64,000 nt of DNA from Octopus sinensis (GCF_006345805.1 NC_043013.1:17112001-17176000); one strand, 5' to 3'. Positions 13,199 to 28,275 are shown, counted from the first letter of the stretch. Notes: generated by a model not told the origin, from the letters alone. A program made the numbers and translations.

Positions 13199-15727
13199 AT
13201 CCCCAAATATGCCGCTATTCACTGCGCCAGAGACTCTGCACAAATAGTGATTGCATCTTCACGCATCTACCGGCACTAGACGCACTACCGGCCAAGGCCA
13301 AAGCACGCATCCCACAATAACATCAACACCACCAAATAGTAAATCGAAATTCAAAACACACACAACTCGGAGTCCCAAAATCTGCCGGTATTCCCAACGT
13401 GAGAGAACATGTCTACTGAGTGACTGTCCCTTCACTCATCTTCCAGGGACCCGACGCACAAACAGAACGGGGCTTCAAGCCAACACACAAACCTGAATAA
13501 AAATAAAAATAGAAACACACCATGCTGCAGTAATGCTGGTCCAGTCTTTTCAGGAAGACACAAAAACAACAACAACAAAAGTGGAAACTACAACCCTATC
13601 CAACAGTGCAACCACACCTCCAGCCAAAAACTGCTCCCTAAGCAGGAAAATTCTTTTTTAGCCATGTTGAACATGGCAAAAGAGATACACAAAAACATTC
13701 TAGCCATCACTCAACACCATCCTATGCTATTACCCCAGTGCACCAATTCCCCACATTGCTGCCACTAACACACACAAAAAATCCAAGCCCCCTGCAACAG
13801 TCAAAACCAGCCACTACACTAACCTCCACATTCCTACTCAATGCACAAGGTGTCAGCCCTTCCATCAATGCACAAAAATGGAAGGTCCAATTCATTGAAG
13901 ACTGGGTTGGTAACCATTCACACCACATCCCTTTCTTCATTCTCACTGAGACCCACCTTGACAACTCCCACTTGGAAGCCGAAGTGAGAGTGAAGCAATC
14001 CTGATATGGCCGATCTGGGCTGTATCAGTGATGTCAACCCCCAACACACTATATCGGACATAACGTTTAGTGCCCCTGATGTCTTAGCGGCGATAAACGA
14101 AATAAAACACAATTCAGCAGTAGGCCCCGATAGGTTCCCTGCTTGTGTCCTGAAGGTGTGTCGACACCAACTTGCATCTCCCCTTGCTAATCTGTGGAGA
14201 AACTCACTGGATGCTGGCTATATTCCAAAAAACCTTCTGTCCCAGTCTGTTGTCCCAGTTTTCAAAAAGGGAAACAAGTCCCTTGCAGTGAATTACCGTC
14301 CGATCTCACTCACCTTTCATATCATCAAGGTATTTGAGAGGGTGGTGAGATCTCGAATAACCCAATTTCTGGAAAGCAACAGACGGCTGATCTCCAACCA
14401 ACATGGGTTCCGTAATGGAAGGGACTGCCTAACGCAGCTCCTGCATCACTTTGAGGACATTTTGAGAGCTTTGGGAGAGGGCTCCAACACCGATGTCATC
14501 TACCTTGATTTCAGTAAGGCCTTCGACAGGGTCGATCACAAGATCCTATTGAAAAAACTATCCAACATTGTGTCTCTGGAAAGTTACTGAAATGGATCAA
14601 GTGTTTCCTGACAGACAGATCTCAACATGTTGTAGTTGAAGGGGTAAAATCAAGCCCAGCCAAAGTCAGTAGTGGCGTTCCGCAAGGCACTGTGCTGGGC
14701 CCACTTCTTTTCATCATTTACATTAATGACATTAATGACATCATCAAGCACAGCAACATAAAAATCTTTGCAGATGACTCCAAGCTACAGAAGGTCATAA
14801 ATGAGGCGAGTGACCGGACATGCCTTCAGTCAGATCTACTGGCTGTTATCCAATGGGCAGAAAAAAACAATATGCTGCTGAACGAGGATAAATTTGAGCT
14901 AATCCACTTTGGAAAAGAGGATGCCCTGAAACTCCCATACTCCCTTCCTTCAGGTGAAACTCTCGCGGCGTCCAACAACATCAGAGACTTGGGAGTAATT
15001 GTGGACAACAACATAAGCTGGGCCACTCATATAAACACCAAAGTTGACATGGCCCGCAGAATGTGTTCCTGGATTCTCAGAACTTTCCAGTCGAGAGATA
15101 TCCACACCATTATCCTTCTCTTCTCCACTTTTGCCCGACCCCACCTTGAATACTGTTGTCCACTGTGGTCTCCCCACACAATACAAGGTATCATAAAAGT
15201 TGAAGCACCTCAAAGGGCAATCACAAAAAAGATAGATGGCATGACCAGCCTCGACTATTGGGGTCGACTAGAAAAGCTAAAACTCTATTCTCTCCAACGT
15301 CGTCGTGAGCGCTACATCATCTGCATGATGTGGAAAATATTCCATCAGCATTGCCTAAATGATGTTGGCATCACCTTCAAGGTACATCCAAGGCTTGGGC
15401 CCCGTGCCATCCGCCCAAAACAAAAATCACACTCTCATCTCATAACAACAATACGGCACAATTATTTCACCTCAATTGGCCCCGCTCTCTTTAACATTAC
15501 ACCAAAACACATTAAAACAGAAACTGACCCTATAGGGTTCAAGAAGTCTTTGGACAGATTCCTTCAAGAAATCCCGGATAAACCCCCTACACCCGGATAT
15601 GTCTCTGTAAACAATAACTCTCTACTTGAGTGGGCCATAGTGCCCAAATTCTGACTTGAAAGACTTCACCAGTGGTGCTATTAAGTTAGACAGGGCCTGG
15701 GCCAATATGCCGAAACCTATCAAAGTA
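13199..15727 (+). mobile_element. CR1/L2-group non-LTR retrotransposon, internally deleted
   Basis: ORF1 remnant with two CCCH motifs, APE start (LLNAQG...LTETHL), RT motifs GPD, NYRPISL, QHGFR, YLDFSKAFD, GVPQG, FADD, and C-terminal RPHLEY...WSP and SLQRRRER. Confidence 0.9.
14006..15654 (+). pseudogene. Reverse transcriptase ORF2 remnant, frameshifted near 14570
   Basis: ORFs 14006-14590 and 14692-15654 encode consecutive RT segments in different frames. Confidence 0.9.
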
Positions 15728-15738
15728 TATACATATAC

Positions 15739-15796
<58 letters not shown>

Positions 15797-16049
15797 TTAT
15801 ATATATTACGTTGTTCGAAAAAAAGGTCGTTTTCCATGTTTTTGTTTCTCATTGTGTTCAACGTTTTTTTTTTAAGTCCTGTACCCATATATGCATGTAT
15901 ATATACATATATATGTAGGTATGTACATATATGTATGTATATATGCATATATTTATATATTAATTTATATGTGTGTGTATGTATGTATGTGGGGCTAATG
16001 CAGTTTCGCACCTCTCCTTGAAAAATGCATTTGTTTGAAAATAAGTTTT

Positions 16050-16808
16050 TTCCGATCCCTACGTTTTAGATGTCGAATACGAATAGGACAAATTTTTATT
16101 TTTTAAATTCCACCCCCTCACATCTTCGACACCCCCCTACCCAATTTAAAGTTTTGATTTTGTTTACTTTCAAGAGATCTTAGCGAATTGACGAACATAT
16201 GCAAATCGAAATTAAATACAGACAAAAACATTAAAGTGAAAAGAATTTGCATTTTACTTGTGTTTGCCTTAAATAATCATAAATAGTAAATAAATGTAAA
16301 TTAAATATACACCATTTTATGAGAAACAAACATTAGTGTTTAAGAATTAATGTTATAAAGTTTAATAAGGGGCTCAAATTTCACCCCCTCCCTCAATTTT
16401 AAATTGTGAACTTTTTCATCCATTTATTTATTTATGTCTATTTATCCCTGTCCGTTTATTCATAAGATATATTTGTCAACTAAAGGTGGCAGTCCTATAG
16501 AGGACGGTGTTACTGTTGTTTTTAGCCCCGGGAAGACATTCATATCTGTCTGTCTCTTTATACACATATCTATATGATTACTGAATTTAAAATTTTGAAA
16601 ACCTGGTTTCTTGCATATTCGGAATCTATGTCATCTAAAATACAGGAGGAAAAAATTTTGAAAAAGTTCAAAATTTTAAGGGGGTGGAGAGGGGATAAAT
16701 TTATTTTGCATATTCGTAATTTCCGACATCTAAAACTTAGGGATCCGTAATCTTGGACTTGAATGGGTTTTGATTTACTGTCAGGTGACTTTTGGCCAAC
16801 CCTGTATA
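16050..16808. mobile_element. Probable Tc1/mariner-derived non-autonomous element remnant
   Basis: Inverted repeat 16054-16117 vs 16681-16745 (gatccctacgttttagatgtcg / cgacatctaaaacttagggatc). Right end reads TA-CAGGGTTGGCCAAAAGTC on the minus strand. Confidence 0.5.
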
Positions 16809-16859
16809 CATAATGAGAGACCGATAGATATAAATTAGACATAGTTACATACCCACAAA

Positions 16860-17990
16860 TCGCACGTTCGGATGGTACGTTTTACGTGCCACCGGCACAG
16901 GGGTCACAACTACATTTTCCACTTGTAATTTGATTTGATTTTGATATTCAAGCTGATGTTGATGTACTTGACTCAATAGGTCTCCTCAAGCACGGCATGT
17001 CGCCCTACGATCCAAGGCACTTTTGAGTGGGTTATACGACACTGGTGTAGGTTACAGCTGTGAACTCAGTCATACCATGCCTGCAGCTGTTTGGGAGTGA
17101 CACTTCTTCACACAGCTCACCTCGTACATCCACAATGCATGACCGTACCAACGCAAACGTCTCTCTTGCACGCCACATCCGATGCTTCTTATGTCCAACA
17201 TTTCTCTCAGGGCGTTTACACTCTGTTGTGTGTGCACACTGACAATAAACATCCAGCGGTTCATGCAAGGTTCATTTCTTTCAAGCCTACGCATGTCCTC
17301 TGCAGTCACAGCCCATGTTTCACTGCAGTGAAGCATGGCAGTTTGCACACATGCATCATACAATCTACCTTTCACTCTGAGCAAGAGGCCCTTTCTCACC
17401 TGTAGGGGTAGGAGCTGTCTGAACTTTGCCCAGATTATTCTTATTCTAGTATCAACCCACACTACAGACTTGGTCACCTAGGTAGCGGAAGCTATCAACT
17501 ACTTCTAGTTTCTCCCCATGGCATATGATGGAATCTGATTTCTGAGCGTCTGTGGTGTTTTTTGTCCCTGTGCATCTGCTGACACGAAAGCTATCCTCCC
17601 AGTTAATCTTCCTTCGATAGTACTGCATCTCTTATATGTCCATAATTTACACTGGGTAGATCTTATAGAGTTTCTACCTACACCTTTTCTACAGATCGAG
17701 CACAGCCACCCACCTGAAGGGGTGTGTGATGTGTTCGCCTTCCTACTTACTAGAACTTTAGTCTTTGCAACATTAACTCTAAGGCCCTTCGATTCTAAAC
17801 CTTACTTCCACACCTGAAATTTCTTCTCTAGTTCTGGTAGTGATTCTGCTATGAGGGCCAGGTCATTCAGCATAGGGGAGCTCGCAGGGGCAACCCATCC
17901 TGAATTCCACTGTTATTGCGTAGAGGACAATGATGAATAAGTGGAAGTTAAGGGACACCTACTTCTACCCGGTATTCTTCACTATACCCA
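16860..17990 (-). mobile_element. Degenerate RTE-clade LINE fragment, same family as 59373-61107
   Basis: KGRLYDACVQTAMLHCSETWAVTAEDMRRLERNE and ERRLRWYGH. Nucleotide colinearity with 59373-60340, with many frameshifts. Confidence 0.85.
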
Positions 17991-18034
17991 TTGCCAATCC
18001 TAACCCTAATAATGACACATATATATGCATATAT

Positions 18035-18328
18035 ATGCGGCATGTAAAAAGCACCATCCGTACGTGGCCGATGCCAGCACCACATCGACTGGCTTCGATG
18101 CCGCTGGCACATAAAAAGCACCAACCGATCATGGCCGTTGCCAGCCTCCCCTGGCACGTAAAAAGCACCCACTACACTCACGGAGTGGTTGGCGTTAGGA
18201 AGGGCATCCAGCTGTAGAAATACTGCCAGATCAGACTGGAGCCTGGTGCAGCATCCTGGCTTCTCAGCCCCCGGTTGAACCGTCCAACCCATGCTAGCAT
18301 GGAAAACGGACGTTAAACGATGATGATG
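18035..18328 (+). mobile_element. RTE 3'-UTR fragment (family C); a shorter copy lies at 20155-20360
   Basis: gtaaaaagcacc subrepeats, ggcgttaggaagggcatccagc, (GAT)n tail. Confidence 0.85.
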
Positions 18329-18468
18329 ATATATATATATATATATACGCATATAAATTTACATACATACACATATCTGCATACATATATATATCTGCAT
18401 AGATACACACATATATGCATACATATATATATCTGCATACATACACACATATATACACACATATATGC

Positions 18469-18515
<47 letters not shown>

Positions 18516-18676
18516 TATATACATACATACATACACAACAACTTTAGCTTCACACAAACCAAAAAATGCTAAAACAGGTCAGTTCATCTCAAATTCTTTG
18601 TAAACTCCTACATATATCACTTCTGTGTATATATATATTACTACCAAATATGATTGTTTTTTTACTAATACCTTTC

Positions 18677-18711
<35 letters not shown>

Positions 18712-19019
18712 TATATACTCCAAAACAAAAATGATTTTTAATGAAATCCTAATATATATTTTTGAAATTTTTGTTTAATATTTTCTCACAATATATCCTT
18801 CTAAGCTGTTTTACATTTTTCTTATTATTATCAAAGAATGTATATATGTATTGTAATATTTTGTGACAACCAGTACTTAAAGCTTTTACAGGTTACTCTT
18901 GACAATCTTTTTCTAAAACAGTGAAACCGGTCAAGTGAATGAACATCTTTAAAATTGCATTTTCAAACCTTCTTTCGTATATATTTCCACTCGTGTTGGT
19001 ACCTTACAATTTCACTTTG

Positions 19020-19890
19020 CTACACACATATATACATATAGATATATACATATATATAAATATATATATACGTATATAGATATATATATATATATATATA
19101 TATACAAATATATAAATATATATATACACAAATATATAAATATATATATACACAAATATATAAATATATATATACACAAATATATAAATATATATACACA
19201 CAAATATATAAATATATATACACATATATATACAAATATATATACACATATATATACAAATATAAATACACATATATATACAAATATATATACACATATA
19301 TATACAAATATATATACACATATATATACACATATACATACATATATATATGCATGCATATATATTTGTACAAATATATTTATACACATATATGCATACA
19401 TATATATATAGATATACATACATATACAAACATGCGTATATATATATATACACATATACATACAAACATGCGTACATATATATATATACACACACACATA
19501 TGCATACATATATATATATATACACACACATGCATACACATATATATATATATACACACATATGCATTCATATATATATATATACACACATATGCATTCA
19601 TATATATATACACATATGCATACATACATACATATATAGATATATAGATATATATTTATATAAACATATATCTATATATACATATATACATACATATATA
19701 TATATACACACACGTATATACACATGTATACATACATATATATATATATACACACATATATGTATATACATCTATATATATATATACACATATGTATATA
19801 CACCTATATATATATATACACATATGTATATACACCTATATATATACACATATGTATATACACCTACATATATATACACACGTGTATACA

Positions 19891-19928
<38 letters not shown>

Positions 19929-21190
19929 CATATATGTGTATACATCTACATATATATATATACACACATATATGTGTATACATCTACATATATATATATA
20001 CACACAAATATATGTGTATACATCTACATATATATACAAACACACAAATATATGTGTATACATCTACATATATATACAAACATGTATATACATATACATA
20101 CAAACATATATATACATATATATATACATATATATTCATATATGTATATACATCGGTGACACGTAAAAAGCACCAACCGATTGTGGTCGTTTGCCAGCCA
20201 CCTCTGGCCCCTGTGCCGGTGGCACATAAAAAGCACCCACTACACTCACGGAGTGGTTGGCGTTAGGAAGGGCATTCAGCTGTAGAAACACTGCCAGATC
20301 AGACTTGAGCCTGGCGCAGCCTCCTGGCCTCCCAGACCACGGTTAAATTGTCCAACCCATATCTATATACATATGTATATATGTAAATATTTATATATAC
20401 ACATAGAGATATATACAAATACGCATATATATATACATACACAGATATGTATGCATACACATATATATACGTATACATATATATATACACATATCTACAC
20501 ACCTACACATATACAGATATATATATATACACAAATATATATACAGATATATATACACACATGTACATATACACATACATATATATACATACACATATAC
20601 ACATACATATATATACATACACATATACACATACATATATATTCTTACACATATACACATACATATATATTCTTACACATATATACACACACACATACAT
20701 ATATACACACATATATACGTACGTGTGTATATATATATACACATATATGTATCCAAATATACATACACATACAGAGATATATACACATACACATATATAT
20801 ATACATACACATATCTATGCATACACATATATATACGTATACACACACATATATATATACAGATATCTATACACCTACACATATACAGATATATATATAT
20901 ATATATACACACACATGTATATATACACATACATATATATACACACGCATATACATATATACACACATATATACGTACGTGTGTATATATACACACATAT
21001 ATATCCAAATATACTTATACATATATGTATATATACCCACACATTTGTGTATATATATATATACATACATGAAACTACATATATAAACACATGCATATGG
21101 ACGTGTACATATACATAGATACAGAATCATATAAAGTTGTACATATACATATATATGCACACATGTCTACAATACACACATATATATAGC
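19020..21190. repeat. Large degenerate (TA/CA)n compound microsatellite with higher-order units
   Basis: Composed almost entirely of TA/CA dinucleotides, with local ~22-bp units such as cacaaatatataaatatatata. Confidence 0.95.
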
Positions 21191-21572
21191 AATAAGAAAA
21201 TGGAGGGGATGAATAGGTGGTTCATCAACTTTTAGACATTATATTATGTTAACTTATTTATTTATTTATTTATTTACTAAACTGGCAATTACAAGAATGT
21301 ATATACATGTATATGTATACATATGAAAAATGAATTTTTATTGCCTTCACAAGGTCTACCGTTTCATAGAATCTGACTAGACAGCTGTATATGTTTGTGT
21401 ATCAAATTTATAAGTATACAGACCTATATATTCATAAATATGCATTATATATATATAATATATATATATACACACACACGTGCATTAGTAAATAAAGATT
21501 AAGATTCGCGCCCAATATTATACATATTCACCATGAAATAGAATATACATACATTGTGTGTGTGTGTGTGTG

Positions 21573-21612
<40 letters not shown>

Positions 21613-24381
21613 TATATATTTCAAAAGGATGTATATGTCTGTGTATATCAATGGTATGCCTGTATGTCTGCGTGTATATGTGTGTGCCGCTGTAAGATAT
21701 AGAATACATGAACGGTTCGTTCGTGTATGTTAAGAATGTCCATGCTCTCTTACAATGAACCATCCTCAAAAACGGCATGTTCGAATAAAAAAAAATGTTT
21801 TTGCGTATATATCTATACATATATAAATTAAAGCACGAACAAACGGAATTTAAATGAAAATTGCATTCTGGGGATAGATTTGTTTCCATTCAGGTATCTG
21901 AAATACCATTATTATTGAATCCTTCTAGAATCTGTTGCTTTTCATCTTCATCTCTTCGTTTTTGTTCTAAACGAAGGAACATGTGAAATGCAAATATATT
22001 TGTTAATGTAGATTATAATTTAATTCTATGATAATCCTCTTCAGAATCCAAGTTTATGTAGCATGTAGTATTTAATTTTTTTTCCTAGAGACGGATTTTC
22101 AATTTTTTTGAAGAGACACTAAACATGTGAAGACAGTAAGATTCTCTCTGAATAATGTACCGCAATTTACCAAAATAAATAAATAAAATTGTCCATATTC
22201 TAATATGCCATTAGTTAGTTCCTGCTTTCGCTTTTTACGTTCTTTAGAACATAATGGCAAAGGTTTCAGTCATGCCTCAGAAAGATAGATAGACGGATAG
22301 AAAGAAACGTGAGACCGAAAGTACTAGTTGAGATGAACGATGCTAGAAATGAAATAGACATTACATTGTTACAGAGGATACTGGAATAGAATTTTTAAAA
22401 TGTAAACTAGATGCTATATAATATCGAAGTAGAAGTCTGTGATAAAATTAGCTGGTTCCCCGCCCCACCTTTTTTTTTTTTTTTTTGGCTTATCAAAAGT
22501 CTGGTGGTTTCTTTATCCATCATACATATATAAAGATATACTCTCAATATACCCACACATTCACAATTATATTTTACCAATTATGCAATTAGCGAAAATC
22601 TTGTATAAGCATGACGGTTTTGTTTTCTTTTAAAGCCGATAGAGTGGTTAAAACATGTCAGTTATAGGAGATGCTCATGCCATTCTCATTGTGACCAAAA
22701 AATAAACGGCAAGCTTTGCTCTTCTCCAATGATAAAAAGCAAACAGGATGCGGACAGACTGGTTTAATTGAGGATGATAAACGATATGTCTGTTAAAAAC
22801 CGGGAATGAAATGTGAAATTTTAACAACACCATACTTCGAAATCATAAAATCGATAATAATTAATTCTAATCTTATTATCAAATATTACTTACCGAATTT
22901 GGGAAAACATATTCCATGCCTGTATCTGGTCCCAAAGTGACTTCTTGTTCTGGATAGTTTAAATAACAGCGGATCCTTAAGATATTACCAATTTTTTTTT
23001 TTTGTAGGGTTGCGTGCGTGTATATGTATGTGTGTATATATATATATATTCGTATGTGGTTTGATTCGGAGACCACGAGACGAGGCAGATTTGAAGGATA
23101 GCAAAAAATATATATTAAATGATAACCAAGAACCCTCAGAAAATATTAAAATAAAGGCTTCAGTCAATGTAGGGTCAGTTTTATGTGTGAAAACTGAAAG
23201 GAATTACAGCCGTGTTAATTAGTTCAAGCCTTCAAAGGAAATGCGTCGCATATTCTGGGACTATCTCTTTCAGCATGGACTACAAGTTTCTCCCTTGAGG
23301 GGGTTCAGCTCAGGTTAGCTATATCGGTGGTATAAAATATTGGAAACCTGAAAATCGGTTTGCGGAAAAGACAGAAAGGAAGAAATAGCGGAAGAAAGCA
23401 GAAATTAGTAAGAATTCATCAAACGCACTAACCCTTTTAGAGCTTCATGTGTGTCCATGCTGTTACGGTAGTTCCCAGTAGAAAACGATGCCACTTATTT
23501 AGAAAAAGAAAAAAATTAACCTTGCCTGATGATCCTGTTTAATGGGTTTTTTTTTTCTTTTGTTTATTTATCCATTGAGTTTTTTCTTTAATATTGTACA
23601 AAGAGGTTTTTACTTTTGAGGGAAGGCCGATCTTTGGAGATTAGCGCGAAATTTATTTTAATCCAGAAATAAAAGGCTTGACCAATCTCGGATGGGATTA
23701 TTGAGGCTTTTAACCGTAGAGATTTCGAATTGGTTTTCTTTTTAGACGAAGGAGGGGAAATCCATGTAAAGGCATCATGAAGGGGACGTATGTCAAGCAA
23801 TTAAAGTAGGTGACATATGGGGAGAGAGAGAAAGTGATACAAACCAACAGAACAGCTCGTCGTCGCCTTGAAAGATTAAGTTCCTGTGATCGACGAAGAG
23901 GGGAATCCCGACTTTATTACTGACATAATTTCTTGTTATAATAATAATAATAATAATTATTATTATTATTATTATTATTACATACGGTATGTGTTGCTTG
24001 TCCGTCTCTCTTTCTGACTGCCTACGATTGAACGTGATAAAAGGAGCGTGTCTCTGAATGAAAGAGCATTGGCTTGTTTCTGTGTTTTGTCACTGAATGA
24101 AGGAATAAGAGAGAGACAAGAGATAACATGTGTGTTTGGTGTATATATCTGTCCTTTAATATTTATTTCCTTCTGTCTCTCTCTATCCTCCCACTTCTCG
24201 GCGCGGAGTTCAGTGAAAAGCGTCACGAGATATGATGAAGTCACACAAAACCAGAGAAAACAGAGAGAGACAAATAAAGAAAGACCGGTTTACTTGGTTG
24301 AATTGTAACAGAGTTGAAAACGAGAACGACACACTCTATAAATATATATATACTGCGTGTACATAATATTATATGTGTATG

Positions 24382-24435
<54 letters not shown>

Positions 24436-25395
24436 AATTCACAGGGTGAGAGGGTGAATAGATAGAATCAGAGACAACACTCACATATGCATAAAAATAG
24501 ACTGAAAGAGAGAAAGATACATAGAGAAAAGCATAGCAGTTCCGTACACTACCAGATATACAGTATATGTGTGTGTGTGTGGGGGAGAGTGAGTTATAAA
24601 AATAAAAAAGATCTGAACATGAGGTGAAACCAAGTGAATATCAGCATGATATCTTTTGCTGAAAATTCTTTCGGTCGGCCGACATGCTATTAAGCTGGAG
24701 AAGAGCAGCGTACATGATCTGTAGGTGCTTGGCAAAATAAGTGAGCATGGCAGTGCAAATAATACACCACACTTCTATTTTGTTATTGTTGTTTTTAACA
24801 AGAGGAAGGGAAGCCGTTAATAGCAGCAGTAGCAACAGTACTGATGAGAGTGGTGATGGCCATCATAGTGATGATGATGATGATGATGGACTAGATTGGT
24901 TATATGGTGGGGTGGATGAAGAAATCAGCCGTCTGTGTCGATAAGGGCAGTTTTGCTACTGGTAAAATATAAAGTGAATTCTCGTTCGATCAACTGTACT
25001 ATTTATTCATTGAATTATAGTGAAGTAACCGAGTATTCCACAGATGAAACCACCTTTGACTCAATCAGCTTTATACAGTGCGCTGTAACAAAGTTACAAG
25101 TCTAGTCCAGTCCATCCGACGGGCGCGCATTTTCTATCTACCCAGCTTCACACACAAAGGCTGGAACAACTAAAAGTTATGGTAAAAGACACTCGAAAAT
25201 ACCGGACATTAAGATAGAAACCGAGCCTTCATAGTTGCAAAGCGACCTTAACCACTCAGCCATGGCCATGTGTACGCTATGCTGCTGATAACAGTAAACA
25301 TACACACACACACCATGTATATATATATATATATGCTTCCTGAAGATTTCTCTTGAATGAAACAGTACTAGTCCTGTAGAAGCTCCTTCTATATA

Positions 25396-25430
<35 letters not shown>

Positions 25431-27044
25431 GTGTGTTGTTCTATCCCTGTTCTCTCTTTATCTCCGTGAGAAAGAGAGAAAACACACACATATACATTGA
25501 CATCAATATTGATGGTATTTTTTAAAAGTTTTGTGGAAAACACTTTCGTTTTAAAGAATTTCAATGACACGTTCGCCACCGTTAATTTTTTTATTGAAAA
25601 AATAACTCTGCTACAAGTACTGAGTTCTTTGTCAGATAATGTTTTGTACGGTTTAAATGTGTGTGTGTGTGTGTGGTTCAGTATCCGACTTGCCAAATCA
25701 ATTTCGTATCATTAACTGTCTCTCTGAAGGTGTTGATTTTCAGTTCTAATCTTACCCATTCCCTACATGTCTTGCTAGTTCCTCCATGGAGACGGGAACG
25801 AAGCCTCTCTATGCAGTCTGTTAAAAATAGCAGCCAAATCTTACTCAGACTGCATCTTACCAATTGAAAATCTTTTTGAATGTGCTGCATAACTCAATCC
25901 TAGATATATTGTACCAGAAAAGAAGGTGAGATGGTTATGGCTGGAATGCTAATTGGATGGTATAGTTTCATCACAGAAAACCCTAACAGCTGAACCATAA
26001 GAAACCATGCAGTAACACATACTACTATATTTATTTTATTTTTCTAACACAGCTGGTGGTATCCGTAGCCCTGCGGGCACCTCTCCTCCAATGTACAGCA
26101 CCTTGCTGTTTTATACCTTTAATTCTCAGCCACTTTCTCCTCTTACTTGAACGTCACTTTTCACGAAAGTTTCTCTTATAATTCCAATAAATCATAATCA
26201 TATTCAATTCCTTCCTCTCCAGGCTCTGCGGATCTGTGATGCAATATGGTAATGAGGTTTGAAGCAGCTGTCAATATGTCACGCCTCACTGCCATATTGC
26301 ATCATACTCCTTACATTTTTTTTTTCATATGATCGGTCTTCCTTGACAGAGAGAAGGGGGTAGAGAGAGTGAGAAAGTGGGGGTATGTAGGGAGCAAGAC
26401 AAAGAAACCTTTTTTTTTTGCCAAAATGATGTAACGGCGTCCTGAATTATTCCTACCCGTTTCTTATACAAGCAACTGTTACTTTCCCTGCAAGTTTCAC
26501 CACCAACACCACTCCCCAGCAGTAATTATGTCACTAAGGTAACCTAGACTAGACTACGCCTGGTGAACTATCAGATCAGTTGATAGATACCATTTCACGA
26601 GTGTCCCTACTGCTAACTATTCCTGTACATCTTTTAACATTTGAAATCTTGGTTCTCTTGTCACTATGCCAACCTGCACCTTTTCTGTACCAATTGCTTG
26701 CCCTAAATACAGAGTATCAAGTTCTTGTGTACTTCCTTTTCTACACATCAAACAAGGCCATTCACCAGATAACACAAGTGTTTAGTAACTTCTGCTACTA
26801 ATTTCCACTCCCATCTTTGCAATGTTGACCTTTTAGGCTCTGATCACTATTTCTATGCTTAGGAATTTTCCGGTATCTCTTCAACAGGTTCTGCAACTCT
26901 TCAAATAACAGCCAAAAGTCAAATGTATTCAAGGCGTTGAACTAAAACTTTTTGGTATTTTTTTTTTTTTCAGGTCCCAAGATTGCTTACAGCAACTTAG
27001 CCAGGTTTCTGTTCCTGTGCACACCAAGCACATGTCATTGAATT

Positions 27045-27325
27045 AATCACTTTTTAATCATGCACTTATTTCCCTTAAACAAGATTTGTTCCACTATCAC
27101 TCTTTAATCATAAAAATATTTAAGATAAACAAGATGGTGGTACCACTATCACACTTTTATCATAGAAATAGTTTGCATAAACAAATTGGTAATTCACTGT
27201 CACTCTTTAATCACATAAATATTTCACATAAACAAGATGGCAGTGACACTAATCACTCTTTAATCACATAAATATTTCACATAAACCAGGTGATGGTGCT
27301 GTAATAACTTTAATTATAGAAATAT
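27045..27325. repeat. Degenerate ~50-bp minisatellite (5-6 units)
   Basis: Recurrent cactctttaatcacataaatatttcacataaacaagatgg. Confidence 0.75.
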
Positions 27326-27344
27326 TTCATATGAATGAGGTAGT

Positions 27345-27740
27345 ATAGGCTCAAGTGTGGCTGTGTAGTAGCTTGTTTCCCAATAACATGGTCTCAGGTT
27401 CAGTCCCACTGCATGGCACCTTGGAGTAAGTGTCTTCTACTTCAGCCCTAGATTAACCGAAGCCTAGTGAGTGGGTTTGGTTGACAGGAGAAACTGAAAG
27501 AAGCCTGTTATCTATGTATGTATATGTATGTATGTATGTATGCATGCATATCTATGTGTGCAAATGTGAGTGTTACTGTCCCTTTACCTTGATTTCACGT
27601 GATAGTTGTAAACAAATGTCACCATCATACAAGTAATGTCCTTCGTTTCCAATCTTCTATGAAAACATGTCTGGTCATTAGGGCGTTATTACCTTACTTG
27701 GAAACAGGTAAGGATTGATGACAGGAAGGGCATCAAGCTT

Positions 27741-27750
<10 letters not shown>
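27345..27750 (+). mobile_element. SINE with family-B head and RTE-type (family C) tail, old copy
   Basis: ggttcagtcccactgcatggcaccttgg head, internal microsatellite, a different body, then gacaggaagggcatc. Confidence 0.7.
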
Positions 27751-27773
<23 letters not shown>

Positions 27774-28275
27774 GTCGTCATCATTTAATGTCCGCTTTCC
27801 ATGCTAGCATGGGTTGGATGATTTGACTGAGGTCTGGCAAACCAGATGGCTGCACCAGGCTCCAATCTGATCTGGCAGAGTCATCAAGCTTTAGAAAATC
27901 ATCATCATCATCATCATCGTCATCATTTAACGTCCGCTTTCCATGCTAACATTGGTTGGATGATTTGACTGAGGTCTGGCAAACCAGATGGCTGCACCAG
28001 GCTCCAATCTGATCTCGCAGAGTTTCTACAGCTAGATGCCCTTCCTAACGCCAACCACTCCAAGTGTAAAGTGGGTGCTTTTACGTGCACAGGCGGTACT
28101 GGCAACAACCATGCTCAAATGGTGTTTTTACGTGCCACCTGCACAGGAGCCAGTCCAACGACCTCACTCAAATGTTTTTTCACGTGCCACTGGCACAAGT
28201 GCCAGTGAGGCAATGCTGGTAACAATCACGCTCAAATGGTGCTTTTTATGTGCCACCGGCACAGAAGCCAGTTAG
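27748..28275 (-). mobile_element. RTE 3'-UTR fragment with local ~150-bp tandem duplication
   Basis: catcaagctttagaaaatcatcatcat...tctgatct..cagagt occurs twice, starting at 27731 and 27882. Confidence 0.85.

Noticed and set aside
18294-21160. Numerous long ORFs rich in Y/I/H/T/C/V (also 12707-13243, 35049-37070, 47573-48141)
   Set aside because: They are translations of TA/CA microsatellites that lack stop codons; no protein signal.
23526-23555. ctgatga hammerhead-like start (also 2540, 5186, 24841; minus strand 22040, 48925)
   Set aside because: No correctly placed GAAA, stem III or stem I pairing.
24481-24944. Short ORFs in unique-looking sequence
   Set aside because: No homology recognised; partly built from trinucleotide repeats.
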